DNA of 64,000 bases from the NCBI RefSeq assembly GCF_963853765.1, contig NC_088858.1, forward strand, positions 3,286,001-3,350,000. Reading direction: 5' to 3'. The notes under the pieces are model-generated. The model was not told where the DNA came from, did not search any database, and saw only the letters and a program-made list of their open reading frames with translations. Shown here one piece after another: positions 59,026-64,000 of the stretch (positions are counted from its first letter, which is position 1; each line of letters opens with the position of its first letter). Position numbers and translations under genes: made by a program. Source of the stretch: Magallana gigas. Its lineage: Eukaryota.

Positions 59026-59402
59026 GCCGGTATTTGAACCCGTCTGACCATCACATATGTCATACTAGCACTGGCTAGTGGGTAGACGAGCCTTTTGCTC
59101 AATCGGTAGAGACTAGGTGTGCTGGATTTTTATGCCAGAGGACCTGATGTCAAAACTCAGCAGAGGTAATAAGTGTCTCTGTTACAATAAAGTACCTGGT
59201 ACCAGGGCATTTTAAATTCACATGCAGACCAAGAGTATTTATTTGTATATCTAAACATACCAAACTTGTTTACTTGGGATGGTAAGGATGTGAAAAAAAG
59301 GAATATAAGAGACAAGTAAAGTGGTGACATGTCATCTCTCATCAGAGATTGAAACTAGAGAGATAGCATTCTTTTGATTCCATCCACAGATATTGGTGAA
59401 GC

Positions 59403-61807
59403 ATGAAGATTTCAAAGACTCTTCAGGTGGGAATCCTTGTGGCTGTGTTTGCAGCCATGGTTTCCTGTGATGACAAGGAAGAAAAAAAGAAGAAGCTTCA
59501 AATCGGTGTCAAGAAACGTGTCGACCCAGACAAGTGCACCATTAAATCTAGAAAGGGCGATGTATTGAAAATGCATTACACAGTAAGAAATTATGTTTAA
59601 AAAGGCTAAAACTTATATTATTTTAAGAATTTGTATTACAGTAACAATTAGTAGCAGGGCAATACATACTTGATAGTCCTGTAGATTTTGTAATGGAATA
59701 TAACCTGTAAAACATTTTGCATATCCTATTTCATTTCATAAATAGCAAGTTTATAAACAGAGCAGTATTCTGTTTTAATTTATTTTTAAAATTAAAATTC
59801 AATTTTAAAAAAAAGCTACCATAATAGTACTTTTCATGCATTATTTGACAAGTTGATAAGAAATGTATTGAACTTAGGGAAAATTGGAAGATGGAACTAA
59901 GTTTGACAGTAGCTTGGACAGAAATGAACCTTTCAAGTTCACCCTAGGGTCAGGGCAGGTGATAAAAGGATGGGACCAGGGCCTATTGGGGTATGTAACT
60001 TAGTATTAGACATGTTTAACCCTACTTCAATTGTGTACAATATTAAAACCTGCCGCCAAAAACCAAAATGTTTGAATTTAATTATATCAAATAATCTCAG
60101 CAGTTTAGTAATTAATTCATTGAGATTGGCATAGATACAATGTATATCTATACATTAATTTTAAAAAATGAATTTGAAATAGGGTCATAAAGGCATCAGA
60201 ATGTGGTTTTAAAAAAGTAAATATGAAAAGAGAAGTCACATTTTGGCAAAAGATCCCCATCATATATTAAGTATCCAATTATAATGATAAAAAAAATCCC
60301 AGTAAAAAAAAATTTACAAGATATTCTTAAGAATATTTTTGGGACCCCTAAAATTTTGATATATACAAGTGTTTATACAGAGTTTTCTGTACTAAAGGTT
60401 CTGTAGATGAGGATTTAATTAAAATTTTTATTTGAAGCATGTGTGAAGGAGAGAAAAGGAAGTTGGTGATCCCCTCTGACATGGGCTATGGAGACAGAGG
60501 TGCTCCTCCCAAAATCCCACGTAAGTTAGATGTCTAGGGAACATTCTCTGTCAAATGTTCTAATTTTCTCATCAGTCAGTCAGTCCTGTTTTTTTTGTAA
60601 GCACATCTCCTCTTAAACCGCTGCATGGAATTCAGTAAAACTTTGTAGGTATTGAAGACATAATGTGTTGATGTGCATATTATCAGGAATTTCCAATTCC
60701 ATCAATTTTTTGGGAATGTTGGCCCTTTTAAACTTAAAATTTTGGCCACATATTGAATATACCGTTGTAATAAACAGTATGAAAGCTTAAGGTGGTATGG
60801 GATATCTGTCAATATTAATGTGGATTAAAGTACATTATAATTGAAATACTTTCACCAGTTTAGAATTTTCAAATTTTACAATATCTAACCAAAAAATAGC
60901 TTTGAAAAATATTTTGAAAGGTAAAAATTGTAAAACCCACAGTGGGATTCGAACTCATGACTTACATATTCATATTAAACCCTCTAACTCACTGCGCTAC
61001 ACTGTTAGATGACAATATTGGAAAAGAAACTACTTATATAACTGCACTTAATTTTATTGTTTATTTCGATAAACAATAAAATTAAGTTTCGATAAACAAT
61101 ACGTCACAACATGGAAGTGTCCCGAACCACCTTAACTCCTCTTAAACTGCTGCATGGAATTCAGTAAAACTTTGTAGGTATTTTGTGTAGTGTGTTGACA
61201 TGCATATTACCAGGACATTTTGATTCCATTATTTTTTAGGGAATTTTGGCCTTTTTTAACTTAGAATTTTGGCAGTATAATGAATTTTGTAATGAACAAT
61301 TTTTAAGTTCAACTCCTTTTAAACTGTTGTACAGAATTTAGAGAAACTTAGAAGGCATTTTTGAATTTCGTTGTTGTTAAAAACAAAGGAATATTTGCTT
61401 GAATTTTAAGGCTGATGATTTTTGCGAGTTATATGCCCTTTATCAAATTATTTTGCACACTTTTTCTTTTATTTTTGGAATAATATTAATACTTTGGATT
61501 GTAAAATAAACCCCGGTTCATCCTAGGCAAGTAATTTTGAATTTCCTTTAAAATCCACTGCCTAAAAGTATGCTTTATGAGAATTTACTTCTGAAATAAT
61601 AGTTGCTCATCCATGTTTCCAACAAGTGATGTAATTTTTATAAATGAATTAATAATATATGTATGGCTAACATGTTGAAGTAACCATCTCCATATGGAAT
61701 GCTTTTGCTGCTACATTTTTTAAAATTTGACTTGTTTGATTTCAGCCAAGGCTGTGCTTATATTTGAGGTGGAGCTGCTAGGAATAGAGAGGAACGATGA
61801 ATTATAA
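59403..61807 (+). CDS. FKBP2: ER-luminal peptidyl-prolyl isomerase FKBP2 (FKBP13), 145 aa
   Basis: Exons 59403-59582, 59878-59990, 60438-60520 and 61746-61807; total 438 nt. Hydrophobic signal peptide, then [39 protein letters not shown]...[45 protein letters not shown], ending in the ER-retrieval signal NDEL. Confidence 0.96.
60571..61350 (+). repeat. HINE-like array of about 175-185-bp units resembling the oyster Cg170-type satellite, interrupted by a MITE
   Basis: (TCAG)n start, then CTCCTCTTAAAC(C/T)GCTGCATGGAATTCAGTAAAACTTTGTAGG units at 60607, 61136 and 61313. The Cg170 label is from recall and was not searched. Confidence 0.6.
60791..61131. mobile_element. TTAA-flanked MITE with internal tRNA-like segment, copy 2
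   Basis: TTAA|GGTGGTATGGGATATCT ... AAGTGTCCCGAACCACC|TTAA; colinear with 10547-10879; minus-strand A box TAGCGCAGTGA and B box GAGTTCGAATCCC. Confidence 0.85.
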
Positions 61808-64000
61808 GAAGATATGGGACAGCACCATCAAGTGGCTTTATTCTCTCACTTAAAATATTCATTTTTAGCTCAGTGTCAAGTTTTTTGTGTGGAGAGAATG
61901 GTAATAAATTATACGTGTATTGACTTAAGGAAATATCTGATGTATGTATCTGTGTAGTGCAATTTCATTTCTCATTGTCTGCATTTGGTAAAGTTTCTTA
62001 GAATAAAACTTTTTAATATTGCCATTGTTTAGTACTGTATTTTTAGTTCTTTACTGTTATATAAATTTTTATCAGAAAGACTGCAAAGGCAGACACCTCC
62101 CACTGACCAACAAAACTGGTTCTATAAATAAATTTCTGGTTTCAGATACATGTTGTTTTACATTGAAAGTAATTTTAGCATTGGACTGGCCTTACTAGGC
62201 TTCCCTTACAATATACAATGTAGTAGGTTTTGAGGGAAAGTGACCCCTTTTCCTTGTTGTATTTTATGAATACCTCAGTATTCTAATCTCGTTATTTATG
62301 TTCTATATATATTTATTAGGCTGTATTTTAAAAATCATTAAGAATTCACAAATAATAAAAAAATCTATGATATAAATTTTGTCTTTAATGATAAATCTTG
62401 TATTCAATAAGAAACACACAATTCCCTGGCACGTATAACACTCTAGCTGAGTCATCCACACACGAGTGATCTCCCCTTATTGGAAGTCCTTAAAGACCAG
62501 AAAATAGCAGCATCCAATGTGTTGCTGAATGATAAAGAACTATGAAATTTAATGCATTGAAAATTGGAGACTTCCAATAAAGGACAGATCTATTTTTACA
62601 CCTCTCTTGCTGAGATAGTCTACTAAGAGTAGTCTGACACCTTCTACAGTACATTATTGCTTCAAATTAATTTAATTCAAATTATCATAAAACCAAATTT
62701 AAAAGTTACCTGTCAGTACTAAAGAAAATTGTTTACCAACACACATTGATATGTTTCAAAAATAAAACAAAATGTAAAACCCCTAAGTTTTACAACATGC
62801 AAGACTTTAAGAAATAATTAGTACTTACAAATTTAAAGGGGTCAGGTTTTCCAATTGAAAGAACATTCACTTTTTCCCACTGAATGACTGTCATTGTAAA
62901 GCAATGCAATAATAGGACTCTTAAAACTCTGGTCTTGAGCAAACTTATCAAATGTTTGAGGTAATCTTTTTTGTATGTTATTATATCTGCATTTCACAAT
63001 TAATTCACCATGAATTTAATCTAAAATACTTAATAAATATAGTGAAGACATTAGAAAATGTTATAATAGTAATATATATATATATGTAATCTAAAACCCC
63101 ATTGTTCTCCACATAACCTAAACTTAAACTGTTGCTGCTCAATGTAAATATTTCATTCTCACAAAAGTTTTCACAATTAATGAAGAGGTACAATTTCAAA
63201 ATCAGTTTGGACTGGGTACTGTGATAAACAAAGACTTGCCGTGGGATTAAAAATCTGCTGTCAGTTTTACTGAGAAACAGGTACAATGATTTAAAATTCA
63301 TCCAAAAACTGCAGCAGGAAGTATGTCTGATCTTACTTTACTGATAATCTGTTTGATGTTTCAGAGTTTCTTTAGTGTGTAGCAACAACACAATAAGTGT
63401 AAGGTTTATTTACATGAAGGATGAGGACATGGTACAGGTGAGGGGTACACAATGTGAGAGACTGGGCATTCTCGGGTTGTACAGGAGTATAACCTACTTG
63501 GTTACAACTTCTCTAATTTACATAACACAGTCACACACAGGTAAAACTATCATGCACACAAAATGGGTCCAAATGAAAACTATCACTCTAGATTTAGTTA
63601 CACATGCATTCTTGTGATGAGAATTCTAAAGGTTTTTTTACACATGAGAAAAAACAGATGCACTGTTTTAAAATAATTGATAAACTGATTAAAACATGAA
63701 ATCAGGGGGGTGGTAAAATTGGAATCTGACACAAGTGAAATTTATAAAATGTCAATATATTAAATTAGCAGCACTCTCTAAAATCATTTGAAGAACTCAA
63801 GAAAATTTCACCATGTGTATAGTTCTATTATTGCTGAGCTTGCAACAGTGTTCATATCATGACATATCTATTCTCCAGAGGTCACTGGCCATACATCACT
63901 ACATTGTACAAAAAATGTTTCTTCAAGAATCTTCTTGTATTGTTATAAATCAATTTGCATATTCATATTAAAACAAAACTCTCAGCTGTTTTGTTAATTA

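Noticed and set aside
62400-64000. ORFs 63005-63301 and 63375-63617
   Set aside because: AT-rich, no homology or splice support; more likely 3' UTR or intergenic sequence of a gene outside the window.

Overview
AT-rich eukaryotic genomic DNA with GT-AG introns. The repeat families suggest a bivalve, probably an oyster (Crassostrea/Magallana-like); this is an inference. Five spliced protein-coding genes were reconstructed by hand from splice signals and reading phase. (1) A WDR62/MAPKBP1-family WD40 gene (+, 2240-25631; its 5' exons lie outside the window). (2) NAA40/NatD (-, 28672-36407). (3) An unrecognised Tyr/Pro/Arg-rich gene (+, 38177 to at least 48127) with up to four alternative first coding exons that all end in phase 2. 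(4) SNRPD2/Sm-D2 (-, 55992-58072). (5) FKBP2 (+, 59403-61807), head-to-head with SNRPD2. Introns and intergenic DNA are packed with non-autonomous DNA elements, several of them nested: TTAA-flanked Kolobok-like MITEs, TA-flanked MITEs, Helentron/HINE-like elements with internal tandem arrays, long foldback palindromes, tRNA-derived SINE-like heads and a 2-kb TIR element with an 8-bp TSD. The most unusual observations are tandem repeats built from real splice sites (23 donor copies after one exon, 3 acceptor copies before another), the variable-first-exon gene with an RFX X-box, a probable WD40-less internal-promoter isoform of the MAPKBP1 gene, and a TIR MITE carrying a tRNA-like Pol III promoter. 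No prokaryotic features, CRISPR arrays, rRNA genes or confidently intact tRNA genes were seen. No database search was run; all family names come from recognising sequence.
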